A stretch of 64,000 nucleotides of DNA from Candidatus Caccoplasma sp. (lineage in GTDB: Bacteria; Bacteroidota; Bacteroidia; Bacteroidales; G3-4614). The translations under genes were made by a program, and so were the position numbers. Positions 8,805 through 18,320 of the stretch are shown here, one piece after another. The stretch spans positions 20,666 to 84,665 of the forward strand of contig JAZLBW010000039.1 of assembly GCA_045613905.1 (NCBI GenBank), in the 5' to 3' direction. The notes beneath the pieces are model-generated. The model was not told where the DNA came from. It saw only the letters and a program-made list of their open reading frames with translations, and ran no database searches. Every line of letters begins with the position of its first letter. Within the stretch, counting starts at the first letter, position 1.

Positions 8805-10841
8805 TTATTTTCCCAACATTGATTTTACTTGTTTCAAAACGTTCTCTGCAGAGAATCCGAATTTCTCATCCAATACTTTATAAGGTGCTGAATATCCAAA
8901 GTGATCCAATCCCCAAACTACTCCGTTTACTCCTACCAAGCGAGCCATTGCAGAAGGCAATCCTGCGGTTAAACCGAATACAGGTTTATCGGTAGGAATT
9001 ACACTTGCTCTGTACTCAGGAGTTTGATTAAAGAACAATCCTGTTGATGGAGCAGATACAACTTGTGCTTTAATTCCAGCCTCGTGCAATAGCGGCAATG
9101 CAGCCATTAGCGTAGAAACCTCACTACCGCTTGCCACCATTACTACATCAGGATTTTCATCTTTTGCTACGATATATGCTCCTTTTTCTGCTTGTAGAGC
9201 CTCTTCGTAACGGTCTCCATTCATAGCAGGGATATCATCTACGTTTTGACGAGACAAAATCAATGCTGTTGGTGAGTCTGTGTTCTCCATAGCCAATTTC
9301 CAAGCGACAACTGTTTCCGGACCATCGGCAGGACGCAATACCAACATACTGTTTTTACCTTTGTGGTTTTTCAACTCTTCTAACAAGCGGATTTGTGCCT
9401 CTTGTTCGATTGGTTGGTGAGTTGGTCCATCCTCTCCTACTCGGAACGCATCGTGTGTCCATACATATTTTACAGGAAGACGCATCAACGCAGACATACG
9501 TGCTACAGGTTTGATATAGTCAGAGAAAACAAAGAATGTTCCACTTGCCGCAATCATTCCACCATGCAATACCATACCATTCATTACTGCCGCCATAGTT
9601 ATCTCGCTGACACCTGCATGCAAGAACGCTCCTTCGAAGTTATATGGAGTGAATGCTTTTGTTTTCTTCAAGAATCCGTCAGTTTTATCAGAGTTTGCCA
9701 AGTCGGCAGATGCAACAACCATGTTTCCTATTTTATCTCCGAACTCTGACAATACTGTCGCCGATGCTACACGTGTTGCTTGATTTGGTTTTAATGCAAT
9801 TGACTTGTAATCGATGGCAGGCATTTCACCTGACATGTATTTTTTAAGCAATTCTGCTTTCTCAGGATTTGCTTTCTCCCACTCTGCTTGTTCTGCTTTT
9901 TTAGCAGCAACAATTTTACGCAACTCAGCTTTACGCTCTTCGTATAGTTGTACTGTTTCGGGGAATAGTGTAAATGGATCTTCGGGATTACCACCAAGGT
10001 TAAGAATTGTTTTCTCAACTGAAGCTCCTGCGGCACTGATTGGTTGTCCGTGAGTTGAGCATTGACGCTCGAAGTTGCTTCCATCCTCTTTCAATGCTCC
10101 TTTACCCATTATTGTTTTACCAATAATCAAAGTTGGACGCTTATCTTCTTGTTGTGCCGCCATCAAGGCATCGTATATTGCTTGAGAATCGTTTCCGTCT
10201 ATCTCAATTACATTCCAATTCCATGCACGATATTTTGCTGCTGTATCTTCTGTGGTTACAGCATCTGTATCTGTTGAAAGTTGAATATCGTTGCTATCAA
10301 AGAACATAATCAAGTTACTCAATCCAAAGTATCCTGCCATACGTCCGGCTCCTTGAGAAATCTCCTCTTGGATACCTCCATCAGAGATGAATGCATATGT
10401 TTTGTGTGCCATCCAATCTCCAAAACGTGCTACCATGAAACGTTCTGCCATTGCAGCTCCCACTGCCATTGCGTGACCTTGTCCTAAAGGTCCTGATGTA
10501 TTCTCTATTCCACGCTCAACATTCAACTCAGGGTGACCTGGAGTGGTTGTATCCCATTGACGGAATTGTTTAATTTCGTCCATAGTAAAGTTACCAATCA
10601 TAGCCAATACGCTATATAGCATCGGTGACATGTGTCCGGGATCAAGGAAGAAACGGTCACGATTAATCCATTTTGAATCATCTGGGTCATATATCATAAC
10701 CTTTGAATAGAGCGTATTTATAAAATCTGCTCCTCCCATTGCTCCACCGGGGTGTCCCGATTTCGCTTTCTCTACCATTGCCACTGTAAGTACGCGAATG
10801 TTATCCGCCACTCTCTCTTGAATTTTCTTGTCGATTGCCAT
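8805..10841 (-). CDS. tkt: Transketolase
   Basis: ThDP-binding SGHPGG, GDG...N and the HDAFRVGEDGPTHQPIEQ motif. The ORF-track start (10895) is a GTG only 6 nt from a TAATTTTG -7 box, so the first ATG (10841, MAIDKKIQERV...) is the more plausible start. Confidence 0.93.
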   Translation of the reverse strand: MAIDKKIQERVADNIRVLTVAMVEKAKSGHPGGAMGGADFINTLYSKVMIYDPDDSKWINRDRFFLDPGHMSPMLYSVLAMIGNFTMDEIKQFRQWDTTTPGHPELNVERGIENTSGPLGQGHAMAVGAAMAERFMVARFGDWMAHKTYAFISDGGIQEEISQGAGRMAGYFGLSNLIMFFDSNDIQLSTDTDAVTTEDTAAKYRAWNWNVIEIDGNDSQAIYDALMAAQQEDKRPTLIIGKTIMGKGALKEDGSNFERQCSTHGQPISAAGASVEKTILNLGGNPEDPFTLFPETVQLYEERKAELRKIVAAKKAEQAEWEKANPEKAELLKKYMSGEMPAIDYKSIALKPNQATRVASATVLSEFGDKIGNMVVASADLANSDKTDGFLKKTKAFTPYNFEGAFLHAGVSEITMAAVMNGMVLHGGMIAASGTFFVFSDYIKPVARMSALMRLPVKYVWTHDAFRVGEDGPTHQPIEQEAQIRLLEELKNHKGKNSMLVLRPADGPETVVAWKLAMENTDSPTALILSRQNVDDIPAMNGDRYEEALQAEKGAYIVAKDENPDVVMVASGSEVSTLMAALPLLHEAGIKAQVVSAPSTGLFFNQTPEYRASVIPTDKPVFGLTAGLPSAMARLVGVNGVVWGLDHFGYSAPYKVLDEKFGFSAENVLKQVKSMLGK

Positions 10842-10900
10842 TTTTGATAACTCGTTAGGGTTTATATAGCACGGTATTCCCGTTATTTTGTTCACTTCTG

Positions 10901-10908
10901 CAAAATTA
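10901..10908 (-). promoter_or_regulatory. Candidate -7 box (TAATTTTG) for tkt
   Basis: The minus strand reads TAATTTTG, about 60 nt upstream of the ATG at 10841. Confidence 0.4.
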
Positions 10909-10954
10909 AGTATTTATTCTGTAATTTTATAATTTATTCTTATTATTTATCAAC

Positions 10955-10986
10955 AAAAAAACGGAAATCTTTCGACTTCCGTTTTT
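10955..10986 (-). terminator. Rho-independent terminator after galK
   Basis: The minus strand reads aaaCGGAAgtcgaaagatTTCCGttttttt, 26 nt downstream of the galK stop. Confidence 0.7.
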
Positions 10987-11011
10987 AAGCGCATGTTTAT
11001 GGTATTTTTTA

Positions 11012-12172
11012 TTACTCTACTACCAATTTACGAGAACCGTCACCAATTACTACATCATATACTTTTGGTGCTTTTCCGTATTTCTCCATGTATTTTTTCT
11101 CAGCCTCTTCAATGAATAGTTCGTACAATTCCTCTTTTACCAAGTTGATTGTACACCCACCGAATCCACCGCCCATCATACGAGCTCCTGTTACGTTGCA
11201 ATCGATTGCAACGTCAACCAAGAAGTCTAACTCTTCGCAGCTTACTTCGTAATCTTTGCTCAATCCAAAGTGAGTTTCATACATTTTTTTACCTACAGTT
11301 TCGTAGTCTCCTGCCTCCAATGCATCGCAAACGTCAAGTACGCGTTGTACCTCACCAATTACATATTTAGCGCGGCTGTAATCTTCGGGTTTAAGTTGTT
11401 CTTTAACCTCTTCCAACATATCGAAGTTTGCATCGCGCAATGACTCAACTTGAGGATATTTCTCTTTGATTACCTCTGCCACATGCTCGCAGCTTAAACG
11501 ACGATCGTTGTAAGGAGATCCTACCAATGCGTGTTTAACGCATGTGTTTAGCAATACCAATTTGTATCCTTTAGGATCGAAAGGGAAGTATGAATATTCC
11601 AATGAACGACAATCCAAACGGATAAGGCTGCCCTCTTTACCAAATACACTGGCAAATTGGTCCATGATTCCACATTTTACACCTACATAGTTATGCTCTG
11701 TTGCTTGACCAACTTTTGCCAACTCAAATTTGTCGATTTTGTTATCGCCAAACATATCGTTAAGTGCATATGCATATGTGCTTTCCAATGCTGCAGATGA
11801 AGACATACCTGCTCCAAGAGGCACATCTCCTGCAAATGCTGTATTGAATCCTTTTACATCTACACCGCGCTTAATCATCTCGCGACATACTCCAAAGATG
11901 TATTTTGCCCATGAAGCACGTGGTGCATCCTCTTCGTTCAAACCAAATTCAACATAATCTTTCTCATCGATAGAGTATGCTTTTACTTTATCTGTTCCGT
12001 TGGGTTTCAACTCAGCAATAATACCTTTATTTACTGCTCCGGGGAATACGAATCCGTTGTTGTAATCGGTGTGTTCACCTATTAGATTGATACGACCGGG
12101 TGATGCATAAAGTTCTCCTGTAGTGCCATCAAAGTGTTTGATGAAACGACTTCTGACAAAATCTATATTCAT
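11012..12172 (-). CDS. galK: Galactokinase
   Basis: 386 aa. GHMP kinase motifs: GRINLIGEHTDYNNGFV (galactokinase signature) and PLGAGMSSSAALE. Confidence 0.95.
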   Translation of the reverse strand: MNIDFVRSRFIKHFDGTTGELYASPGRINLIGEHTDYNNGFVFPGAVNKGIIAELKPNGTDKVKAYSIDEKDYVEFGLNEEDAPRASWAKYIFGVCREMIKRGVDVKGFNTAFAGDVPLGAGMSSSAALESTYAYALNDMFGDNKIDKFELAKVGQATEHNYVGVKCGIMDQFASVFGKEGSLIRLDCRSLEYSYFPFDPKGYKLVLLNTCVKHALVGSPYNDRRLSCEHVAEVIKEKYPQVESLRDANFDMLEEVKEQLKPEDYSRAKYVIGEVQRVLDVCDALEAGDYETVGKKMYETHFGLSKDYEVSCEELDFLVDVAIDCNVTGARMMGGGFGGCTINLVKEELYELFIEEAEKKYMEKYGKAPKVYDVVIGDGSRKLVVE

Positions 12173-12203
12173 AATTAGTTAGTTTATATGATGAATTAAT
12201 TGT

Positions 12204-13484
12204 TTACTCTTTTACTTTAGCAGGTTTTGAACCGATAAGGGCATAGAACAATAGGTACGCTGCACATGCAACCACTACCCAGAAACTTGTCATGTAGCTT
12301 GTCATCTCAGCCACTTGTGCTTGAATTGCCAACATTACTGCACATCCGAACACCATTGTCATAAAGATACCAGATGCAACTGCAGTGTATTTACCCAATC
12401 CCTCAACAGCCATATTGAAGATTCCTCCCCACATTACTGATGTACACAAACCAACCAAAAGGAATGCAAATATTCCAACAGGTACATTAGCCCAAATTAG
12501 AGTCAATGTAGCCCAATCGATACCGGGAACTTGAACTGTAACATCTGTTGGTGCAAACATTCCGAACAATACAAGAACCAATGTTGCTATTGACACTGTT
12601 GTAATCATAGCTCTACTTGATACTTTGTTTCCGATTGATGCTCCTACAAAACGGCCAACCATCATCAAGAACCAATATACTGCAACAATCAAACCTGCTG
12701 TTGCTGCGTTGATTCCCAATTCCGGAGTATTCACAAGATACATGTTTACGTATGTTGGAGTTCCCACCTCGATTCCCATGTATAGGAATATACCTAAAAT
12801 ACCCAATACAAAATGGCGATATTTAAATGCACCTTTTACCAATGACATATCAACGGGAGCTTGCTCCGGCTCATTGATTTTTGTCATCAAAATAGTGAAG
12901 AATGCCACAACGAAGATACCTAATGCAATCATCAAAGCAGGTGTTGCATCAGCTATTTTTGTTTCGGGAGTTACCTCTCCAATCAACGCACCCATGATGA
13001 TATATACTGCTACAGCTGCCAATGAGTTGAACACACCTCCTGTTTGGATTAATTGGTTACCGCTGTTACCACCTCCACCAAGTAGGTTCAACATTGGGTT
13101 TACAACACAGTTAAGAATACACATACAGAATCCTGTGATGAAAGCTCCTGCCAAATATACTCCGAATACTGCACCCAAACCATTTGCTACATCCATAAGG
13201 CTGCTTGACCATTGTACAAGAATACCAACGATTCCCACCAATAGACCAATCAAGGCTGTTTTCTTATATCCGAATTTTGAGATTAACATTCCCGCAGGAA
13301 CTCCCATTAGCAAGTATGCCACAAAGTTTCCGTAGTTTCCGATTTGTGCCAATACTTCAGATATTTCTCCTTGTGCTTTGATAATGTTTGCCATTGGAGA
13401 ACATAGGTTTGTTACAAAGGCAATCATTGCGAAGAGAGCAATCATTACGATTATGGCTCCCCATTGTTTTTTTTGTTGACTCAT
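12204..13484 (-). CDS. MFS sugar transporter (glucose/galactose or FucP-like)
   Basis: 426 aa, about 12 predicted hydrophobic segments. Located between galM and galK. Confidence 0.8.
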   Translation of the reverse strand: MSQQKKQWGAIIVMIALFAMIAFVTNLCSPMANIIKAQGEISEVLAQIGNYGNFVAYLLMGVPAGMLISKFGYKKTALIGLLVGIVGILVQWSSSLMDVANGLGAVFGVYLAGAFITGFCMCILNCVVNPMLNLLGGGGNSGNQLIQTGGVFNSLAAVAVYIIMGALIGEVTPETKIADATPALMIALGIFVVAFFTILMTKINEPEQAPVDMSLVKGAFKYRHFVLGILGIFLYMGIEVGTPTYVNMYLVNTPELGINAATAGLIVAVYWFLMMVGRFVGASIGNKVSSRAMITTVSIATLVLVLFGMFAPTDVTVQVPGIDWATLTLIWANVPVGIFAFLLVGLCTSVMWGGIFNMAVEGLGKYTAVASGIFMTMVFGCAVMLAIQAQVAEMTSYMTSFWVVVACAAYLLFYALIGSKPAKVKE

Positions 13485-13512
13485 AATTGTTTTTGTTTAG
13501 TTTTATTATTGA

Positions 13513-14583
13513 TTATTTTTCTACTCCAAATTTATATATTGTTTTTTGGTAGTACTCCTCTCCGGGATTTAACACACAACTTGGGAAGTGTGGTTTATTA
13601 GGTGTATCGGGGAAGTGTTGTGCCTCAAAACATATTGCACTGCGTTTTGGGAATGTTGCACCAAATGCACCTTCAAATCCATTATGCCAGTTTGATGTGT
13701 AAACTTGCACTCCCGGTTCTGTTGTATATACCTCCAATGTACGACCGCTTATTGGCTCCACACATTTTGCGGCATATGACAATTCTCCCACCTCGCGTTT
13801 GTTCAACACCCAACAATGGTCATAACCAACTCCAAACTTTGTTTGTTCAAAATCGGCATCAATACGTTCACCAACGACATAAGGAGTACGGAAATCCATC
13901 GGCGTTCCTTCAACAGCATCGATACGTCCGTATGGAATTGATGTTTCATCAACAGGAACGTAAAAATCGGCATTCAAGGTCAAGATATTATTCTCAACAG
14001 ATGCTGTATCTTTTTGTATTCCTGACAGACTGAAGAATGCGTGGTGAGTTAGATTTACGATAGTTTTCTTATCGGTTGTTGCCGAGTACTCTATTACAAA
14101 CTCATTCTCTTCTGTTAGTGAATATATAACTGTTACATCAAGATTTCCGGGGAATCCCTCCTCTCCGTCTGCTGATGTATATGTAAGTTTTAATGTACTA
14201 TCATTTATCTGCTCTGCATCCCAAACTCTTGCATGAAATCCTGTTGGACCTCCATGAAGGTGATTAGGACCGTTATTGATTGCAAGAGAGTACTCTTTTC
14301 CGTCAAGTGTAAATTTTCCTTTTGCAATACGGTTTCCGTAGCGACCAACCAATGTACTCAAGAATGGTTCGGGACTCTTTACAACTTTTTCGATTGAGTC
14401 GTGTCCTTGTATAACATTTGCATACTCGCCATTCTTATCGGGCATCATAATTGACATAACTGCTCCTCCGTAGTTAGTCACACAAATTTCGGCACCTTTA
14501 CTATTTTTCAAAACATACATAGCAGTTTTCTTTCCTGCCATCTCTGATTCAAAATCTGCTTGTTTTAATCCTGATAATGTCAT
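13513..14583 (-). CDS. galM: Aldose 1-epimerase (galactose mutarotase)
   Basis: 356 aa. Family motifs GRYGNRIAKGKF, NNGPNHLHGG and LTHHAFF. Confidence 0.9.
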   Translation of the reverse strand: MTLSGLKQADFESEMAGKKTAMYVLKNSKGAEICVTNYGGAVMSIMMPDKNGEYANVIQGHDSIEKVVKSPEPFLSTLVGRYGNRIAKGKFTLDGKEYSLAINNGPNHLHGGPTGFHARVWDAEQINDSTLKLTYTSADGEEGFPGNLDVTVIYSLTEENEFVIEYSATTDKKTIVNLTHHAFFSLSGIQKDTASVENNILTLNADFYVPVDETSIPYGRIDAVEGTPMDFRTPYVVGERIDADFEQTKFGVGYDHCWVLNKREVGELSYAAKCVEPISGRTLEVYTTEPGVQVYTSNWHNGFEGAFGATFPKRSAICFEAQHFPDTPNKPHFPSCVLNPGEEYYQKTIYKFGVEK

Positions 14584-14625
14584 AATTACGTTTTATTCTT
14601 TTTCAGTTCACAATATGTGATTGTA

Positions 14626-14633
14626 CAAAATTA
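14626..14633 (-). promoter_or_regulatory. Candidate -7 box (TAATTTTG) for the galM-transporter-galK operon
   Basis: The minus strand reads TAATTTTG 42 nt upstream of the galM ATG. Confidence 0.45.
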
Positions 14634-14694
14634 GCATTATTTTGTATCGGCAGACCGATACTATCATATGTTATATAACATAAATATCGGCTTT

Positions 14695-15366
14695 TTAGTA
14701 TATTCTTTCACCAAATATTCCTGTTCCTACTCTAACAATATTCGATCCGCACTCTATTGCCAAGGGATAATCATCAGACATTCCCATTGAGCAATACGAG
14801 AATTTATCGCTGTTTTGGAAATATTGTTGGCGGATATCATCAAAAACTTTGCGGATTTGCTTGAACTCCGATTCGATTATTGTTTCATCCTCGGTAAAGG
14901 TTGCCATTCCCATCACCCCGCTTATTTGTATATTTGTTAATTCTCGCCACTCCTCAGATGCCATATAGCTGTACAACTCATCCGGAGAGAATCCGCTTTT
15001 TGTCTCCTCTTGCGCCACATGCAGTTGCAAAAGAACGTCTATCACCCTGCCCTCTTTTTTAGCGCATGAATTTATCTCTTTTAGCAATTTAACACTATCT
15101 CCGCTGTGTATAAGAGATATAAACGGAACTATATACTTCACTTTATTGGTTTGAAGATGTCCTATAAAGTGCCACTCAATATCAGAGGGTAGATTTTGTG
15201 ATTTAGGCAACAGCTCTTGCACTCTGCTCTCTCCAAAAATTCTTTGCCCTGCATTGTAAGCTTCAAGAAGCGAAGCCTCGGGATGAAACTTTGATACTGC
15301 ACAGAGCTTCACTCCTTGTGGGAGTGAAGCTCTGTACCTATTTATATTTTCAGTGATTATTCCCAT
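14695..15366 (-). CDS. yggS: YggS-family pyridoxal-phosphate homeostasis protein
   Basis: 223 aa. AVSKF (PLP lysine) and HFIGHLQTNKVKYI motifs. Confidence 0.9.
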   Translation of the reverse strand: MGIITENINRYRASLPQGVKLCAVSKFHPEASLLEAYNAGQRIFGESRVQELLPKSQNLPSDIEWHFIGHLQTNKVKYIVPFISLIHSGDSVKLLKEINSCAKKEGRVIDVLLQLHVAQEETKSGFSPDELYSYMASEEWRELTNIQISGVMGMATFTEDETIIESEFKQIRKVFDDIRQQYFQNSDKFSYCSMGMSDDYPLAIECGSNIVRVGTGIFGERIY

Positions 15367-15387
15367 CTCTGAAAAAGTATTTATATG

Positions 15388-15831
15388 TTATGCTTGACCC
15401 TTTTCAACATCATAACGGAACACATCCATTATGACTGTTTCTGTTATTGAGGCCACCTCATAATCTATCATTGTAGTACCCATCTCAGTGGTCAGAGTGG
15501 CCAAAGACGTTGCAAAATCTTTTGCTTGAATTAACATAAAGGCTGCCGTCTTTTTTTCAGCTCCGCTTTTTTCATCAAGAGTTATATAGTTTAATTTTGC
15601 TTTATACCATTTGTCTCCTGTTTCATCGAAGAACATATCGGCAAGTTTTACTCTTTTTATATTTGCGACGGTGAACTCTCCTGATATGTAAGACTTCATC
15701 TCCTCTATTATTCTTGCTTCTGCTTCGGTAAACGATAGTGCATCAACCAAATATGCTTCACTAACACTTTTTGGCAGACCATTCTCCATTATTTTATCGT
15801 ATTTAACCTTGCACTCAAACCAGTTACTCAT
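15388..15831 (-). CDS. DUF4494-like protein
   Basis: 147 aa. The start MSNWFECKVKYDKIMENG... matches my recollection of the Bacteroidetes DUF4494 family; not verified by search. Confidence 0.5.
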   Translation of the reverse strand: MSNWFECKVKYDKIMENGLPKSVSEAYLVDALSFTEAEARIIEEMKSYISGEFTVANIKRVKLADMFFDETGDKWYKAKLNYITLDEKSGAEKKTAAFMLIQAKDFATSLATLTTEMGTTMIDYEVASITETVIMDVFRYDVEKGQA

Positions 15832-15850
15832 ATTTTATTTGTTTTTAGGG

Positions 15851-16318
15851 TTATTCTTTGTTGTTTTTATAAATTTCTAATAACTCCATAGCCTCCCCTC
15901 TCAAAAGGTTTTCAGAATCGACCTCTACCTCCCATTTTCTTTTTACCAATTCGCTATGGGCGTGACTTGACAATACACCTGCATCTTCCAAATCTTTTGC
16001 AACAGATGCATAATACAATCTGTCAATGTTGGCATATTTTATGGCTGCCATACACATTTGACAAGGCTCACTTGAAGTATAAATTTCGCAACCGGACAAG
16101 TCATGATTTTTTAATCGCGAAGCAGCCTGACGTATTGCTATGATTTCGGCATGAGCGGTAGGGTCATTCTTCCTAACCACTCTATCAGCCCCTCGCGCTA
16201 TAATTTTTCCATCCTTCACTATTACCGCACCAAACGGAGCCTCTCCTATTCTTGCACTCTTTCTCGCCAATGCTATAGACTCCCTCATGAATTCTATATT
16301 ACCTTTTACACTCATCAC
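15851..16318 (-). CDS. CDA-fold nucleoside/guanine deaminase (GuaD-like)
   Basis: 155 aa. PFGAVIVKDGKIIARG...DPTAHAEIIAIRQA...SEPCQMCMAAI closely parallels the Bacillus GuaD-type guanine deaminase pattern. Confidence 0.75.
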   Translation of the reverse strand: MMSVKGNIEFMRESIALARKSARIGEAPFGAVIVKDGKIIARGADRVVRKNDPTAHAEIIAIRQAASRLKNHDLSGCEIYTSSEPCQMCMAAIKYANIDRLYYASVAKDLEDAGVLSSHAHSELVKRKWEVEVDSENLLRGEAMELLEIYKNNKE

Positions 16319-16348
16319 TTATCTTCTCCTCTTTTTATAAAACTATCT

Positions 16349-16951
16349 TTATAAACTATTGTTTATTTCATATATATATTCAAGTAATTCTTCTCTGCCT
16401 CTTTTGTCTTCAGATGATGTCACAAACATAGGGGGTAATTCTTCCCATTGTTCCAACAACTTTCGTCTATAACTATTTATGTTTGATTCTATTTTTGTTT
16501 TTCCCAATTTATCTGCTTTGGTAAATATTATTGAAAACGGCACTCCGTTTTCACCTAACCATGCCATAAAATCGGTATCAACTTTTTGCGGTTCATGACG
16601 AGAGTCAATCAGCACGAACAATAACGTCATCGACTCCCTTTTAAGGATGTAGCTCTCAATTACTTTTTTTATTCTTTCACGACCATCCTTACTGCATTTT
16701 GCGTACCCGTAACCAGGCAAATCGACTATATACCACTCATTATTTATCAAGAAGTGGTTTATACACAATGTTTTACCTGGTGTAGAGGATGTTTTTGCCA
16801 AGCCACTTTTATTTGCAAGTGTATTTATCAACGAAGACTTGCCAACGTTAGATCTTCCGATAAAGGCATACTCAGGTTTGCCATCGTTGGGACATTTTCT
16901 TACGTCTGTATTACTTATTACAAATTCTGCACTTGTTATCACTTGCGACAT
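16349..16951 (-). CDS. engB: Ribosome biogenesis GTP-binding protein YsxC/EngB
   Basis: 200 aa. [12 protein letters not shown] (G1), DLPGYGYA (G3) and TKADK (G4). Confidence 0.9.
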   Translation of the reverse strand: MSQVITSAEFVISNTDVRKCPNDGKPEYAFIGRSNVGKSSLINTLANKSGLAKTSSTPGKTLCINHFLINNEWYIVDLPGYGYAKCSKDGRERIKKVIESYILKRESMTLLFVLIDSRHEPQKVDTDFMAWLGENGVPFSIIFTKADKLGKTKIESNINSYRRKLLEQWEELPPMFVTSSEDKRGREELLEYIYEINNSL

Positions 16952-17011
16952 AGCTCCACATATTTAACCACAAATATACAAAAAAACTTCGCTCTAATGC
17001 GATTTTTTTGC

Positions 17012-17019
17012 TACTTTTG
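17012..17019 (+). promoter_or_regulatory. Candidate -7 box (TACTTTTG) for recR
   Basis: A TAnnTTTG match 28 nt upstream of the ATG at 17047. Confidence 0.35.
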
Positions 17020-17046
17020 AAACAAAAATTTGATTTTAGACAAATA

Positions 17047-17670
17047 ATGAACAACACTTTCTCTTCATCTTTGCTGGACAGTGCCGTCAATGAAATATCA
17101 AAGCTACCGGGAATTGGCAAAAAAAGCGCCTTGAGATTGGTTTTGCATCTACTTCGTCAGGACGAAGGCGTTGCCGTTGCATTGGGTGAAGCCATCATAA
17201 AATTACGCAAAGAGATTAATTACTGCAAAATTTGTCACAATATATCAGAAAATGAGGTTTGTGACATCTGTTCTGACGAAAAACGCGACAATTCAACAGT
17301 TTGCGTTGTTGAGAACATTAAGGATGTTATATCTATTGAAAACACCAGACAATTCAATGGTGTGTACCACGTTTTGGGTGGCATAATATCGCCCATTGAC
17401 GGTATTTCACCCAACGACATTGAAATTGACTCTCTGGTTGAGAGAGTTAAAAGTGGAGAGATAAAAGAGGTTATTCTTGCTCTAAGCACCACAATGGAGG
17501 GAGATACAACAAACTTCTATATTTTCAGAAAACTTGCGGGACATGATGTTAAAATTTCAATTTTAGCACGAGGAGTATCGATAGGTGACGAACTCGAATA
17601 TACCGATGAGGTTACCCTTGGCCGCTCTATTTTAAACAGAACCCTTTTTACTGAATCATTCAAGATGTAA
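17047..17670 (+). CDS. recR: Recombination protein RecR
   Basis: [13 protein letters not shown] helix-hairpin-helix, a C4 zinc finger ([16 protein letters not shown]) and a Toprim region. The ORF-track start at 17008 is a TTG that overlaps the -7 box, so the ATG at 17047 is preferred. Confidence 0.92.
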   Translation: MNNTFSSSLLDSAVNEISKLPGIGKKSALRLVLHLLRQDEGVAVALGEAIIKLRKEINYCKICHNISENEVCDICSDEKRDNSTVCVVENIKDVISIENTRQFNGVYHVLGGIISPIDGISPNDIEIDSLVERVKSGEIKEVILALSTTMEGDTTNFYIFRKLAGHDVKISILARGVSIGDELEYTDEVTLGRSILNRTLFTESFKM

Positions 17671-17672
17671 CC

Positions 17673-18197
17673 ATGAACGGATTAAAAACAGAAAAAGTCT
17701 ATTTAAGAGCTTTAGAACCAGAAGATTTGGAATTTCTATTCAAATGGGAAAACTCTATCGATATATGGCAAGAGAGCAACTCTCTTGCTCCATTCTCTCG
17801 TTTTGCCATTAAGGAGTTCATTGAGAGAAGTTTGAGCGAAAATGTTTTTGAGGTGGGTCAGATAAGACTTATGATTTGCTCAACCACTGACAACTCGGTA
17901 GTTGGCACAGCAGACATTTTTGATATTGATTCGATGAACGGCAGAGCCGCCGTAGGTCTTTTAGTTGACGATTATCATAGAGGTAAAGGTTATGCAAAAG
18001 ATGCTCTTGACATTTTATGCAACTATGCTCGAAACACCCTTCTTTTGAACCAACTCTATGTTCATATTGCCACCAACAATACCTCATGCCTTAATCTTTT
18101 TGATAAAAGTGATTTTGAGAAATGCGGAACTCTTAAAAGTTGGATTAAAATAAGAGGTGGCTACAAAGATGTTTTTGTTTATCAGAAGATACTTTAG
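17673..18197 (+). CDS. GNAT-family N-acetyltransferase (RimJ/RimL-like)
   Basis: 174 aa. VYLRALEPEDLEFLFKWEN and an acetyl-CoA-binding-like segment RGKGYAKDAL. Confidence 0.8.
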   Translation: MNGLKTEKVYLRALEPEDLEFLFKWENSIDIWQESNSLAPFSRFAIKEFIERSLSENVFEVGQIRLMICSTTDNSVVGTADIFDIDSMNGRAAVGLLVDDYHRGKGYAKDALDILCNYARNTLLLNQLYVHIATNNTSCLNLFDKSDFEKCGTLKSWIKIRGGYKDVFVYQKIL

Positions 18198-18200
18198 TTT

Positions 18201-18320
18201 AATGAGGAATGAGGGATTAGGAATGAAGAATGTTTTTTATTTCTAATTCCTAATTGTTGCGAAGCAACGAACTAATTTCTAATTGGCACGAAGTGCCGCA
18301 CTAAATTCTAACTCCTAATT
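18201..18320. repeat. Intergenic modular repeat, copy B (heptamer arrays plus two GC/GAA-triloop hairpins)
   Basis: Heptamer array aatgagg aatgagg gattagg aatgaag aatg. An inverted ttctaattcctaatt. Hairpins GTTGC-GAA-GCAAC (18256-18268) and GGCAC-GAA-GTGCC (18285-18297). Ends in ctcctaatt, which contains the yqgE stop. Fills the entire convergent GNAT/yqgE gap. Confidence 0.7.

Noticed and set aside
12625-13335. A 236-aa ORF on the plus strand, antisense to the MFS sugar transporter gene.
   Set aside because: It is entirely antisense to a well-supported transporter. Its translation is low-complexity (Pro/Thr/Ile/Asn-rich) with no motif, which is typical of a shadow ORF.
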